Shown here piece after piece: positions 1 through 9,498 of a DNA stretch of 64,000 bases. The DNA is from a candidate division FCPU426 bacterium (GTDB taxonomy: Bacteria; Oederibacteriota; Muellerivitia; Muellerivitales; Muellerivitaceae), in NCBI GenBank assembly GCA_963738405.1, contig CAVTWJ010000011.1:27903-91902 (forward strand). The letters are read 5' to 3'. How positions within the stretch are numbered: position 1 is the stretch's first letter; the number at the start of each line of letters is the position of its first letter. Both the position numbers and the translations under genes were made by a program. A model generated the notes under the pieces. It did not search any database, was not told the DNA's origin, and saw only the letters and a list, made by a program, of their open reading frames with translations.

Positions 1-11
1 TGTACAACAAC

Positions 12-2600
12 GTGACCGCGTCGCCCCAACAGCAGGGGTCGGTTTACATGCTCTTAAGGGTGAACGCGGGGGTCACCACGGGAACGGTTATTTCCAACGC
101 GGTTACGGGCATCGCCAACGGCATCGGGACGGTTATTTCCAATACCGCCACGGCCGTCGTGGGACCCAACCTGAGTATCGCCAAGTCCGAGTCGGAAATT
201 TTGGGAAGCTTGGGCGATTCGGTTACCTACCACCTCAATTGGTCGGTTTCGGGAGAAACCCTGGGGTTGATTGACACTTACGATTATTTGTCGGGCGGGA
301 TTACCAACATTATAGGAGCGGATGGGACTTCCTATACTTCCTACAGCGGGCCGGTGAGCTGGAGTTCGTGGATCTCGACCAATTCGAACGTGTTCCTTGA
401 AGCCTTCGGTTCTGGGGTGACGGGTTACCTGCTTCGAAACGCCCCCATCACGCTGTATGGCAATTACGCCATGTTTGGAAATGTTTATTTAGACCCAAAT
501 GACAATCCCTCCAATGCCGGGATGGTGCTTGCGGCCGACGCAACCAACCAAAACGCCTATGTGGCGGGTCTTTCGGGTTCGGCCAACCCCGGGAACCTTT
601 ATTTGCAAAAGATCACTTCGGGAAACACTTCCAACATCCTCGGGTCTATCAATAACGCTACCCTGCCCACCACGGTGGGGTCGGGCAATTGGTACAGCCT
701 CGAAGCCTATGTGGGCAGCAGCGGCGTCACCGGAAGCCCTGTTAGCATTTACCTAAAAACCTACCAAAGGGGCCAACCCCCGCCATCCAACTGGGCGATC
801 ACCGTGGTGGATAACAGTCCCCTCCCTACCGCCGGGGTCGTCTATCAAGCGGGTTGGCAGGCATCTGGAAGCAGCGCCGTTTCTGGCCTGGGCGCTTTCG
901 ACAATTTGCAGGTTTATTTACCCAATGCCCCGGTCAGCACCAATATTGTGGATACCCTGCCAACGGGTATGACTTATGTTAGCTCGATCCCAGCGGCCCC
1001 GGTTACCTCACCCGAGGTTGCTTGGAATTTCCCACCCACCATTTATGGAGGGATGGGTAATTACACCCTTGTGGCGCAGGTCACAACCCCATGCCAAGGA
1101 ACGATTGTTAACCAGGCTTCGATCAACGCCTCAAACTCTCTTTCGGGCTTTTCGAACCCGGTGACACTTACCATTGCCTGCCCGAACACGCCCACCAACA
1201 CCATGACGGTCACGCCCACGCAAACGATGACCGCCACCCCGACCGCGACCTTGACCTTCACGCAGACGGCAACCTCCACCAATACACAGACCGCTACGCC
1301 CACCTTTACTCAAACAGCCACACCGACCTTTACGCAGACTGTCACGCCAACTTTCACCCAAACCGCCACGCCCACGTTTACACAGACGGCAACCACCACC
1401 TTTACGCAAACGGCTACCCCCACGAGCACCCAGACTGCTACCCCGACCGTTACCAAGACAGCGACTCTGACTTTCACGCAGACGGCCACACCCACCTATA
1501 CACAGACGGCGACCCCGACCTCCACGCCAACACAAACCCCAACCAATACCCAGACTTTGGTTTTTACCCCGACGGTCACTAGGACCTTTACGACGACCGC
1601 GACTCCTACATTCACCCAAACGGCAACCCCCACCTTTACCCAAACCGCCACGTCCACCTTCACACAAACGGCGACCCTCACCTTTACGCAGACAGCGATC
1701 CCAACGGTTACTAAGACCGCCACACAAACATCCACACCCACTTCCACTCAAACCGCTACTCCAACTTTCACGCAAACCGCGACGCCTACTGTTACCAAAA
1801 CGGCTACCTTGACCTTTACACCAACCTTGACCTCCACGGTTACGCAGACAGCCACAACCACAAGCACACCGACCAACACGGGTACCTTCACCTCGACCTT
1901 TACCACTACTTCCACGTCTACGAATTCGCCAACCGTGACTGCGACCTTTACTTTCACCTCAACGCCAACGACGACTCCTACGAAAACACAGACGGCAACC
2001 CTTACCGCTAGCCCAACTCAAACCGCCACTTTCACCCAAACATCCACCTTCACGGCCGTATTTACCTCTACCCCCACTTGGACCCCATCCCCCACCAATA
2101 GCCCCACGGCAACCTTTACCCCTTCCAATACCCCCACTTGGACCCCCAGCTTTACCGTGACCTGGACTAACACCCCCACCCAAACCCCTACGCTTACTTT
2201 CACCTCATCGCCAACGCAAACCAATACCGTGACCTTTACGCCAACCATTACCTTTACTCCCACTATTACCCTGTCGCCCACCCCCACCGGGTCAGTCACT
2301 AATACTCCCACACCCGATGTGCCCATGTACCTGTCGGATAACTTTTTCAACCCGACTACTGGGGCCACTTTGGGAATAGATGTGCTGGTGGGGCAGGGCG
2401 GGGAAGTAAAGATCATCGTTTACAACATGCTGGCGGAAGAGGTGGATAAGCTAGTGGATCAAAGTCTTAACCCCGGCAGTTTCCATTTCACTTGGGATGG
2501 GCGCAATAGTTTTGGGAATTTAGTGGGGAACGGCGTTTATTTGGTTTTGATTGAACAACCCTCGGGCAATTTCACGAGAAAAGTAATCGTCTTAAAATAG
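12..2600 (+). CDS. Large secreted Thr-rich protein, 5'-truncated (DUF11-like Ig domains, TxT linker, FlgD/T9SS-like CTD)
   Basis: Frame is open to the window edge. DUF11-like motifs (LSIAKS..GDSVTY; IVDTLPTGMTYVSS), a long TFTQTATP linker (~1185-2310) and C-terminal NFFNP..WDGRNSFGNLVGNGVYLV..RKVIVLK. Confidence 0.8.
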   Translation: MTASPQQQGSVYMLLRVNAGVTTGTVISNAVTGIANGIGTVISNTATAVVGPNLSIAKSESEILGSLGDSVTYHLNWSVSGETLGLIDTYDYLSGGITNIIGADGTSYTSYSGPVSWSSWISTNSNVFLEAFGSGVTGYLLRNAPITLYGNYAMFGNVYLDPNDNPSNAGMVLAADATNQNAYVAGLSGSANPGNLYLQKITSGNTSNILGSINNATLPTTVGSGNWYSLEAYVGSSGVTGSPVSIYLKTYQRGQPPPSNWAITVVDNSPLPTAGVVYQAGWQASGSSAVSGLGAFDNLQVYLPNAPVSTNIVDTLPTGMTYVSSIPAAPVTSPEVAWNFPPTIYGGMGNYTLVAQVTTPCQGTIVNQASINASNSLSGFSNPVTLTIACPNTPTNTMTVTPTQTMTATPTATLTFTQTATSTNTQTATPTFTQTATPTFTQTVTPTFTQTATPTFTQTATTTFTQTATPTSTQTATPTVTKTATLTFTQTATPTYTQTATPTSTPTQTPTNTQTLVFTPTVTRTFTTTATPTFTQTATPTFTQTATSTFTQTATLTFTQTAIPTVTKTATQTSTPTSTQTATPTFTQTATPTVTKTATLTFTPTLTSTVTQTATTTSTPTNTGTFTSTFTTTSTSTNSPTVTATFTFTSTPTTTPTKTQTATLTASPTQTATFTQTSTFTAVFTSTPTWTPSPTNSPTATFTPSNTPTWTPSFTVTWTNTPTQTPTLTFTSSPTQTNTVTFTPTITFTPTITLSPTPTGSVTNTPTPDVPMYLSDNFFNPTTGATLGIDVLVGQGGEVKIIVYNMLAEEVDKLVDQSLNPGSFHFTWDGRNSFGNLVGNGVYLVLIEQPSGNFTRKVIVLK

Positions 2601-2655
2601 CCACGAGCCGCGTCATTTCCAATATTTCCAACCCCAAGATCCATTCCCCCAAGGC

Positions 2656-2661
2656 TATAAT
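2656..2661 (+). promoter_or_regulatory. Candidate sigma70 -10 box (TATAAT) upstream of yicC
   Basis: Perfect TATAAT ~40 nt before the ATG; AGGAGG SD at ~2688. No clear -35. Confidence 0.35.
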
Positions 2662-2697
2662 CCCATCGGTTTATTCAGATTAACCCCAGGAGGGTTT

Positions 2698-3570
2698 ATG
2701 CGCAGCATGACGGGTTTTGGCCGTGGCACGGGCCAGGGAAAGACAGTCCAGGTTGTGGCGGAGGTGAAGACGGTCAACCATAAGTACCACGATATTTCCC
2801 TCAAGGTGCCTTTGTCTTACCAGTTTTTGGAAACCGAAATGCGTGAACTTATCCTGGCCTCGGTCACCCGCGGCAAGGTGGATTTTTTCCTGAAAGACCT
2901 TTCCCCTAACCGCTCCCGTGTCGTGGAAATCAATGAGCCGCTCTTGGCGCAATATCTTCAAGCGGCCCACAAAGCCGCCAAAAAACACAAGCTCAAGGGT
3001 GAATTTACCGTTGAGTCGCTTCTCAAATTGCCGGATGTCATGATGGTGGTTGAATCGGACCGCCAAGAAGCCGATCAAAAAAAGGCCGCGGTGGAAGCGG
3101 TGGCCGAAGCCTTGAAGGCCCTCGAGAAAATGAGGCAGTCGGAAGGAGCCCGACTGGCCAAGGATATTCTGGAAAGGGCCAAGGATATTTCGGCCACGGT
3201 TCAAACCCTTCGCATTCGGCACAAAACGGTGGTGGCCGAGAAAATGAAAGTTTTCAAAGATAAAATTGCGGAATTTCTTCCCGAACCCCTTCAAGATCAG
3301 ACCCGGGTCGCTACCGAGGAGGCGGTGATCCTCCAGCGTTTTGATATCTCGGAAGAGATGACCCGGCTGGACAGCCATTTAACCGCCATGCAGGAAACGC
3401 TCCGGGAAAAGGGAAGCGTGGGACGAAAACTTGATTTCCTCATTCAGGAAATGAACAGGGAAACCAACACCATCGGATCAAAATCCGCCGATTCCAAGAT
3501 GGCCCATGGGGTGGTGAGATTAAAGGAACTTTTGGAGCAGATTCGGGAACAAATTCAAAACATTGAGTAA
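2698..3570 (+). CDS. yicC: YicC/YloC family endoribonuclease
   Basis: N-terminal MRSMTGFGRG and C-terminal GRKLDFLIQEMNRETNTIGSKS..EQIREQIQNIE signatures; canonical position before gmk. Confidence 0.95.
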   Translation: MRSMTGFGRGTGQGKTVQVVAEVKTVNHKYHDISLKVPLSYQFLETEMRELILASVTRGKVDFFLKDLSPNRSRVVEINEPLLAQYLQAAHKAAKKHKLKGEFTVESLLKLPDVMMVVESDRQEADQKKAAVEAVAEALKALEKMRQSEGARLAKDILERAKDISATVQTLRIRHKTVVAEKMKVFKDKIAEFLPEPLQDQTRVATEEAVILQRFDISEEMTRLDSHLTAMQETLREKGSVGRKLDFLIQEMNRETNTIGSKSADSKMAHGVVRLKELLEQIREQIQNIE

Positions 3571-3591
3571 TTACTTTTGAGAAAGCCATTC

Positions 3592-4185
3592 ATGAAACGT
3601 CGGGGATTTATGATCGTACTTTCCGCCCCCTCCGGAGGGGGGAAGACGACTTTGGCGGAATTCCTTTTAAAAAAAGAAAAAAACCTTATTCGGTCCGTGT
3701 CCTGTACCACGCGAAAACCCCGTATCGGCGAAAAAAATGGTAAAGATTATTTTTTCATTTCCTCCCCCCAATTTCGGGACAAAGTCCAAAAGAAGGGATT
3801 TTTGGAATGGGCAAAGGTTCACGAACACTATTATGGAACCCCCAAGGGGTGGGTGAATGCCCAGCTTAAAAAAGGCAAGGATGTCCTGTTTGTGATTGAT
3901 GTGCAGGGAGGGAAGGCGCTAAAACGGCAGGATCCTCGGGCGGTATTGATATTCGTAAATCCGCCCAGTTTGAAGGTTTTGAAGCAAAGATTAATGAAAC
4001 GGCGTGATACGGGCCCGAAGGATTTGGCGATCCGATTGAAAAACGCTTCGGGGGAAATAAAGCAGGGGCGCAAATACGATTACCAAGTTGTGAATGATCG
4101 AATTCCTAGGGCGGTTGCCGAAATAAGGGGTGTTTTGAAGGCAATTCGCGAAAAGGCCGCCCTCAAAAACCTTAATAAAGGGTAG
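3592..4185 (+). CDS. gmk: Guanylate kinase
   Basis: P-loop SAPSGGGKTT, SVSCTTRKPR.GE..G.DYFF, YYGTP, IDVQG. ATG 3592 preferred over TTG 3577. Confidence 0.97.
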   Translation: MKRRGFMIVLSAPSGGGKTTLAEFLLKKEKNLIRSVSCTTRKPRIGEKNGKDYFFISSPQFRDKVQKKGFLEWAKVHEHYYGTPKGWVNAQLKKGKDVLFVIDVQGGKALKRQDPRAVLIFVNPPSLKVLKQRLMKRRDTGPKDLAIRLKNASGEIKQGRKYDYQVVNDRIPRAVAEIRGVLKAIREKAALKNLNKG

Positions 4186-4289
4186 AGGTCAAACTCCATT
4201 TAGAGCCGTTTTTCAACATTTTTTCATTATTTTAAGTATAATTTCCATCCTTTGGCGGCAAGAAGCCGCTTAAATTTGCTGGAGGTAGC

Positions 4290-4526
4290 ATGGCAAGCAC
4301 GACTGATGAAAAACTGAATAAGAGTTTTGAAAACCCCGAGAACAAATATCTCTCGGTTTTGGCCGCCTCAAAGAGGGCCCGCCAACTGTTGGATAAGGCC
4401 GAAAAGCATAATTTGACCGTGGATACCGAAAAGGTCATTTTGCAGGCCTTGAGTGAGTTCAAATCGGGAAAAGTACAATTCACCCTTAACGAAACTCCCG
4501 TCAAAAAGAAAAAAGAAAAAGAGTAA
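4290..4526 (+). CDS. rpoZ: RNA polymerase omega subunit
   Basis: NKYLSVLAASKRARQL motif, 78 aa, between gmk and coaBC; GGAGG SD; TATAAT at 4237-4242. Confidence 0.9.
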   Translation: MASTTDEKLNKSFENPENKYLSVLAASKRARQLLDKAEKHNLTVDTEKVILQALSEFKSGKVQFTLNETPVKKKKEKE

Positions 4527-4577
4527 AGGCTGCTGTCGGCCTCGGTGTTGCGTAACCGGCTGACGGTTGATACCGGG

Positions 4578-5837
4578 ATGACCCAAGCCATCCGAAAACC
4601 TAGGGTTCTCCTCGGCGTAACTGGCAGTGTGGCCGCCTACAAAGCGGTTGAACTGATTAAGGCGCTGAAACCCCATGCCGAAGTGCGGGTCGTGGCCACC
4701 AAATCCGCAAGTCAACTGGTTCCTCTTTCGGCGTTGAAGAAGACTTCCGGATTTCCCGTTTGGAGCAGTTTGTTTTCGGGATCAACCCCCATTCCTCCCG
4801 GAACGCCCAGCGGCACCCACCCTTCCGCCACTGTTCCCCATATCGAATACGCCAAGCAGGCCGATTTGATTCTCATCGCGCCTGTCACGGCCAACTTCAT
4901 GGCCAAGCTGGCTTTAGGCATCGCCGACGATCTTCTCTCTTCCCTCTGCCTATACGCCGAATGCCCCCTATGGCTTGCCCCGGCCATGAACGTGAATATG
5001 TGGAACCACCCCGCGACCCGTCAAAACACCGGTGTTCTTCGCAAAAGAGGCGTTCGATTTCTCGGCCCGGATAAGGGCTACTTGGCCTGCGGGGATGTGG
5101 GGGAGGGAAGATTCGCGGAACCTTTGGAGATCGCCCTTCAGGTGCAAAAACATTTTGAGAAAAATGGAACTTGGCGGGGTTTGAGAGTTTTGGTGACCGC
5201 AGGTCCCACTCATGAAGCGCTGGACCCGGTAAGGGTATTAACCAATCACTCCAGCGGCAAGATGGGCTACGCGTTGGCCCAGGCGGCCTTGAACCGCGGC
5301 GCCCAAGTGACGCTGGTGCATGGTCCTGTTTCCCTCGCGCCTTTGACGAGGTCCAAAATGGTATCGGTTACCACCGCGCTTCAAATGAGGTCCGAAGTTT
5401 TAAAAGCCCTTCCCAATACCGATCTGGTCATTATGGCGGCGGCGGTCGCGGATTATCGCCCGGCCCAACAGGCATCGAGTAAGATCAAAAAAATAAAATC
5501 GAATTTCCATATACAACTCACAAAAAACCCAGACATTTTAAGCGAAGTACTCAAGCGCCGAAAACCTAAGCAGGTCATCATGGGATTCGCCGCCGAAACG
5601 GACCATCTACTCGCTCGGGCCGGCGAAAAGTGGAGTCGAAAGCCCTGCGACATTCTCGCGGCCAACCAAGTTGGGAAGGGCAAAGCTTTCGGAACAGACC
5701 AAAATGAACTCAGGGTGTTTTCGAGGTTAAGCCAAAAGCCCCTAAAAATGGGGCCCGCGACGAAAGCTAAACTTGCGGAAGATCTTTTGGATTTGGCGGT
5801 GAAATTATTAAAACCCGGGCCTAAGGGTCATTCGTGA
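4578..5837 (+). CDS. coaBC: Bifunctional phosphopantothenoylcysteine decarboxylase/ligase
   Basis: LGVTGSVAAYKA, PAMNVNMW, LACGDVGEGR, VTAGPTHEALDPVR.LTNHSSGKMG, GFAAET. Confidence 0.97.
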   Translation: MTQAIRKPRVLLGVTGSVAAYKAVELIKALKPHAEVRVVATKSASQLVPLSALKKTSGFPVWSSLFSGSTPIPPGTPSGTHPSATVPHIEYAKQADLILIAPVTANFMAKLALGIADDLLSSLCLYAECPLWLAPAMNVNMWNHPATRQNTGVLRKRGVRFLGPDKGYLACGDVGEGRFAEPLEIALQVQKHFEKNGTWRGLRVLVTAGPTHEALDPVRVLTNHSSGKMGYALAQAALNRGAQVTLVHGPVSLAPLTRSKMVSVTTALQMRSEVLKALPNTDLVIMAAAVADYRPAQQASSKIKKIKSNFHIQLTKNPDILSEVLKRRKPKQVIMGFAAETDHLLARAGEKWSRKPCDILAANQVGKGKAFGTDQNELRVFSRLSQKPLKMGPATKAKLAEDLLDLAVKLLKPGPKGHS

Positions 5838-7540
5838 AAATTCACATTTTTTGCTTATTGGCACTGACGGCAGGGACTGTTTTAGCGCAAGAATTGCCCA
5901 ATCTGAATGGAAAACCTCTTTTTGTTCCGGGTGAAATTCTGGTTCGGCTCAAGAACGGAATTGTTGAGGCGGACAAGTCCCGTGTTTTAGGCGCGAAAGC
6001 ACTGACTTCGACTACCTTTGAACCGGCAACTGGGGTTTACCGTATGGAGTTGGGGTCGGGGGAAGATGTTCGAGCCAGGGTTGATCTGCTGAAGAATGAT
6101 CCCGCAGTGGATTTAGCCCAGCCCAACTATTACTACTATGCGTCGGCATGTGATCCTACCACTGTAATGGATACCTACTATGCCGCTCCATACTATTGGC
6201 CACTCCAGAAAATATCAGCTCCCCAAGCATGGAACCTGTTCTCGAATTGTTCACTTTCGCCGACCGGCAGTGCTGTCACAATAGCGATTTTAGACACGGG
6301 TTTTTATGGTTCTCACCCTGATTTTTCTACTTTGGCTCCTGGGCCTGTTACCAATTGTATTTCCGATCAAGCGTCGAATGATGTTAGCGATAAATTTGGT
6401 CATGGTACCTACGTTGCGGGAATTATCGCGGCCCAATGGGGCATTTCATCGGGATACTCTTGTCCGTCCTCGGGTTTTACCACAGGCATGAAAGGGTTGT
6501 CTCCCAATGTTGTTTTGATGCCGATACGTGTTCTCGACGCCTGCGGAAGAGGAACCTCGGCTCAAATCGCGGCCGGCACCCTCTTTGCGGTCAATCATGG
6601 CGCGCGCGTGCTCAATTTTTCACTCGGCGGGGCTGGGACCGACAGCTTGGAACAGGGTGCCATCCAACAGGCCTTATCGTCCGGCTGTGTGGTGGTAGCG
6701 GCAGCGGGAAACGAATCGAATCTCCCCCAATCGGTCGCTCCTATAAATTATCCGGCGGCCTATCCAGGCGTCATCTCGGTCGGAGCCACGGACGCCAATG
6801 ACAAGGTGGCCTTTTATTCGAACGGCGGTACGGGGTTAGACCTGGTGGCTCCAGGAGGATCCGCGGTGACGGGGTCTTCTGTCTCTATTCTTGCGGCATC
6901 GGACATTTTCAGTACCCTACTTTGCCCTCTGCCGGCTCCATGCCCGGGGGTAAAATCATCCGATTTTATTGAGGATCCCTCGACTCCTTTTGGCGTGGCT
7001 TCTGGAACCTCCGCGGCTGCTCCCTATGTCACGGCGACGGCGGCGCTGATCTTTTCAATGTATCCCAATATGACCAATACGCAGGTGGCGGATGCCATCA
7101 TCAACAATACCGATAGTCTCAATAACAACACCGGCTGGGACGCTCAATCGGGCTATGGCCGGTTGAATGTTTTTAAAGCTCTCCTCAATGCTCAAAGTTC
7201 CATGGGGCAAATCACTACCTACCTCAAGACCTTTAACAGCCCTAACCCCTTTTATCCAGACGCGACCCCCCCCACCAATATCACCCTCGTCATGTCATCT
7301 CCCCGACCCGTGGACCTCACTATCCGTGATTCGGGAGGAGAATTGGTTTTCCATAAAAGTTTCCCAGTGAGCGGCTTGAACAATAATCCCGCTAACCCCC
7401 AATTCAAATCCTATTACGTTTCCTGGGATGGAAGAAACGCTTCCGGCCAATTGGTGAATACCGGAGTTTATTTTTATTCCGTTACCTCCGGGGGCGTGAC
7501 AGGAAGAAACAAGATTGCCGTTGTTCGAGGCAACCCATGA
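5834..7540 (+). CDS. Secreted S8 (subtilisin-like) peptidase with FlgD/T9SS-like CTD
   Basis: Signal peptide; triad motifs ILDTG, GHGTYVAGII, SGTSAAAPYV; AAAGNE; C-terminal SPNPF..WDGRNASGQLVNTGVYFY..KIAVVR. Confidence 0.92.
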   Translation: MKIHIFCLLALTAGTVLAQELPNLNGKPLFVPGEILVRLKNGIVEADKSRVLGAKALTSTTFEPATGVYRMELGSGEDVRARVDLLKNDPAVDLAQPNYYYYASACDPTTVMDTYYAAPYYWPLQKISAPQAWNLFSNCSLSPTGSAVTIAILDTGFYGSHPDFSTLAPGPVTNCISDQASNDVSDKFGHGTYVAGIIAAQWGISSGYSCPSSGFTTGMKGLSPNVVLMPIRVLDACGRGTSAQIAAGTLFAVNHGARVLNFSLGGAGTDSLEQGAIQQALSSGCVVVAAAGNESNLPQSVAPINYPAAYPGVISVGATDANDKVAFYSNGGTGLDLVAPGGSAVTGSSVSILAASDIFSTLLCPLPAPCPGVKSSDFIEDPSTPFGVASGTSAAAPYVTATAALIFSMYPNMTNTQVADAIINNTDSLNNNTGWDAQSGYGRLNVFKALLNAQSSMGQITTYLKTFNSPNPFYPDATPPTNITLVMSSPRPVDLTIRDSGGELVFHKSFPVSGLNNNPANPQFKSYYVSWDGRNASGQLVNTGVYFYSVTSGGVTGRNKIAVVRGNP

Positions 7541-8529
7541 AGGATTTTGTTTCAATGGGGCTGGCGTTTTTTTTCCTGATATTTGGATTTTTACCTACGG
7601 CACTTTTGGCTTCGGGCGGTCAAAGGCCCGATGCTTACCTGGAATATGGAGTGGGAGGGGTCCCTGAAGCCATGGCAGGGGCCGCGGCCGCCTCCAGGGA
7701 CGATCCTTCCTGCGGGTTTTGGAACCCCGCGGGTTTAACCGGAATTAAAAATATCGAGGTCGAGGCGCAGAATTCTTTTCTTTCGCTCAATCAGACGTTG
7801 GATTATTTCTCCATCGGCGCGAACCTTCAGGACAAGATTTACTGCGGGTTAACGCTCCTGGCTTACAGCGCGGGAAACGATTTGGAAGCGCGGAGCGGTC
7901 CCTCCTTGAATCCGGATAGTGCTTTCGGGGATTCGGAAATTGCGGGCCTGGTTTCTGGTGCCTTTCGCTTGAGTCCCAGATGGTCGGCGGGGTTCAACCT
8001 AAAACTTCTTCTCAATAGCTTGGGCTCTATTCAAAACGCTGGAGGAACCGGTTTTGGGTTTGATCTGGGACTGCAATATCGAGTCGATAACGACACAACC
8101 CTTGGTCTTGCCGCCCAGGACCCCTACACGGTTTTCACTTATCAAAATTCAATTACGACTGTCATTCCCATGACCTTGCGTTGCGGGGTGAATCGTTGGG
8201 TCGAGAGCCTTCAAGGGACGGGCGCCTTTGATTTGGAATGGAGTCAGGACCTTGGGTTTAGGCCCCGACTTGGCTTGGAATGGTTTCCGTTTGAAATTTT
8301 GGCTCTTCGGGGAGGGGCTTGGCTCGGCGATTTGACCTCGACTGGAACCGGGGCCCAGCCCAATCTCAACTTGACTTGTGGTGTTGGCTTTATTATTCCT
8401 CTTCATTCTTCAATGTTGGTTAGAAATTCCGAATCCGACCAGATTCTCATTGATTATTCGCTTTTGCCTGACCCTCAAGTGACCGGAGCGGTTCTTCAGC
8501 AGATAGCGGTTTCAGGAAAGTTTAATTAG
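7537..8529 (+). CDS. PorV/PorQ-like (UPF0164/FadL-like) outer-membrane beta-barrel
   Basis: YLEYGVGG..EAMAGA....DD....FWNPAGL N-terminal motif, GFDLGLQY, terminal Phe; ATGA overlap with the S8 gene. Confidence 0.8.
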   Translation: MKDFVSMGLAFFFLIFGFLPTALLASGGQRPDAYLEYGVGGVPEAMAGAAAASRDDPSCGFWNPAGLTGIKNIEVEAQNSFLSLNQTLDYFSIGANLQDKIYCGLTLLAYSAGNDLEARSGPSLNPDSAFGDSEIAGLVSGAFRLSPRWSAGFNLKLLLNSLGSIQNAGGTGFGFDLGLQYRVDNDTTLGLAAQDPYTVFTYQNSITTVIPMTLRCGVNRWVESLQGTGAFDLEWSQDLGFRPRLGLEWFPFEILALRGGAWLGDLTSTGTGAQPNLNLTCGVGFIIPLHSSMLVRNSESDQILIDYSLLPDPQVTGAVLQQIAVSGKFN

Positions 8530-8589
8530 GTCATTGAGGACAACTAAACCTTTGTTTAACTAAAAGAACAACCCGAACTTTAATTAAAG

Positions 8590-9426
8590 ATGGAAAGTGA
8601 AAGTATGAGTACGCAGAACTCTCTAAAATCTTATCTTGAACTTTGCAGACGGTTGGGCATTCGCTATCTTTCGGCGTCTTCACAGACGTTACTGGAAAAA
8701 CCCCTTTCGCCCGAAGCTAATGCTGACTTAACCCAACAAGAACAAAGGGTGAGTGCGCCCGTTTCTAAATCCCAATTGGTGGTTGAAGAAAGGGTCTCTT
8801 CCTCCCCAACACCAATTCCGGCCCCCGGTGGTTGGCTGACGCTGGACCCTGATTCGCTTGAAGCCATGGAACTCAAAGCCTTCGAGGCTGATATCCATGA
8901 CTGCCAGAATTGCCCCCTGGGGGCTACAAGAAAGCGTTTTGTTTTTGGGAGCGGAAATCCGAAGGCGGAAATCATGTTCGTGGGGGAAGCTCCAGGGGCG
9001 GATGAAGACGCCCAGGGGCTGCCTTTTGTCGGGCGGGCGGGCCAGTTGCTCACAAAGATTATCGAATCCACTAAAACCTGGAAAAGACAGGATGTTTTCA
9101 TTTGTAATGTTTTGAAGTGCCGTCCGCCAGGTAACCGCACCCCCTTGCCCGAGGAAGTGGAGCAATGCCGACCCTATTTGGAGGAACAAGTACGAATCAT
9201 TAAACCAAAACTAATCATGGCGTTGGGGGCAAGTGCTGCCCAAGCCCTTTTGTCTACCAAGGAACCGGTGGGGAAGCTTCGAAACCGGTGGCATGATTTT
9301 TCGGGGATTCCCTTGAGGGTAACCTATCATCCCGCGGCCCTTTTGAGATTTGAGGGTTATAAAAAGGATGTTTGGGGGGATATGAAGGAAATTACCGCCA
9401 AATACATGGAATTAATTGGAAAATAA
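8590..9426 (+). CDS. Uracil-DNA glycosylase family 4 (Fe-S)
   Basis: [45 protein letters not shown]. Confidence 0.95.
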   Translation: MESESMSTQNSLKSYLELCRRLGIRYLSASSQTLLEKPLSPEANADLTQQEQRVSAPVSKSQLVVEERVSSSPTPIPAPGGWLTLDPDSLEAMELKAFEADIHDCQNCPLGATRKRFVFGSGNPKAEIMFVGEAPGADEDAQGLPFVGRAGQLLTKIIESTKTWKRQDVFICNVLKCRPPGNRTPLPEEVEQCRPYLEEQVRIIKPKLIMALGASAAQALLSTKEPVGKLRNRWHDFSGIPLRVTYHPAALLRFEGYKKDVWGDMKEITAKYMELIGK

Positions 9427-9498
9427 GCACTTTGGGGAATTTCGTTTTTCCGTTAAAACTGTATAATCCCTGAAAATTCTGCCCAATTTCAGTTTTGA

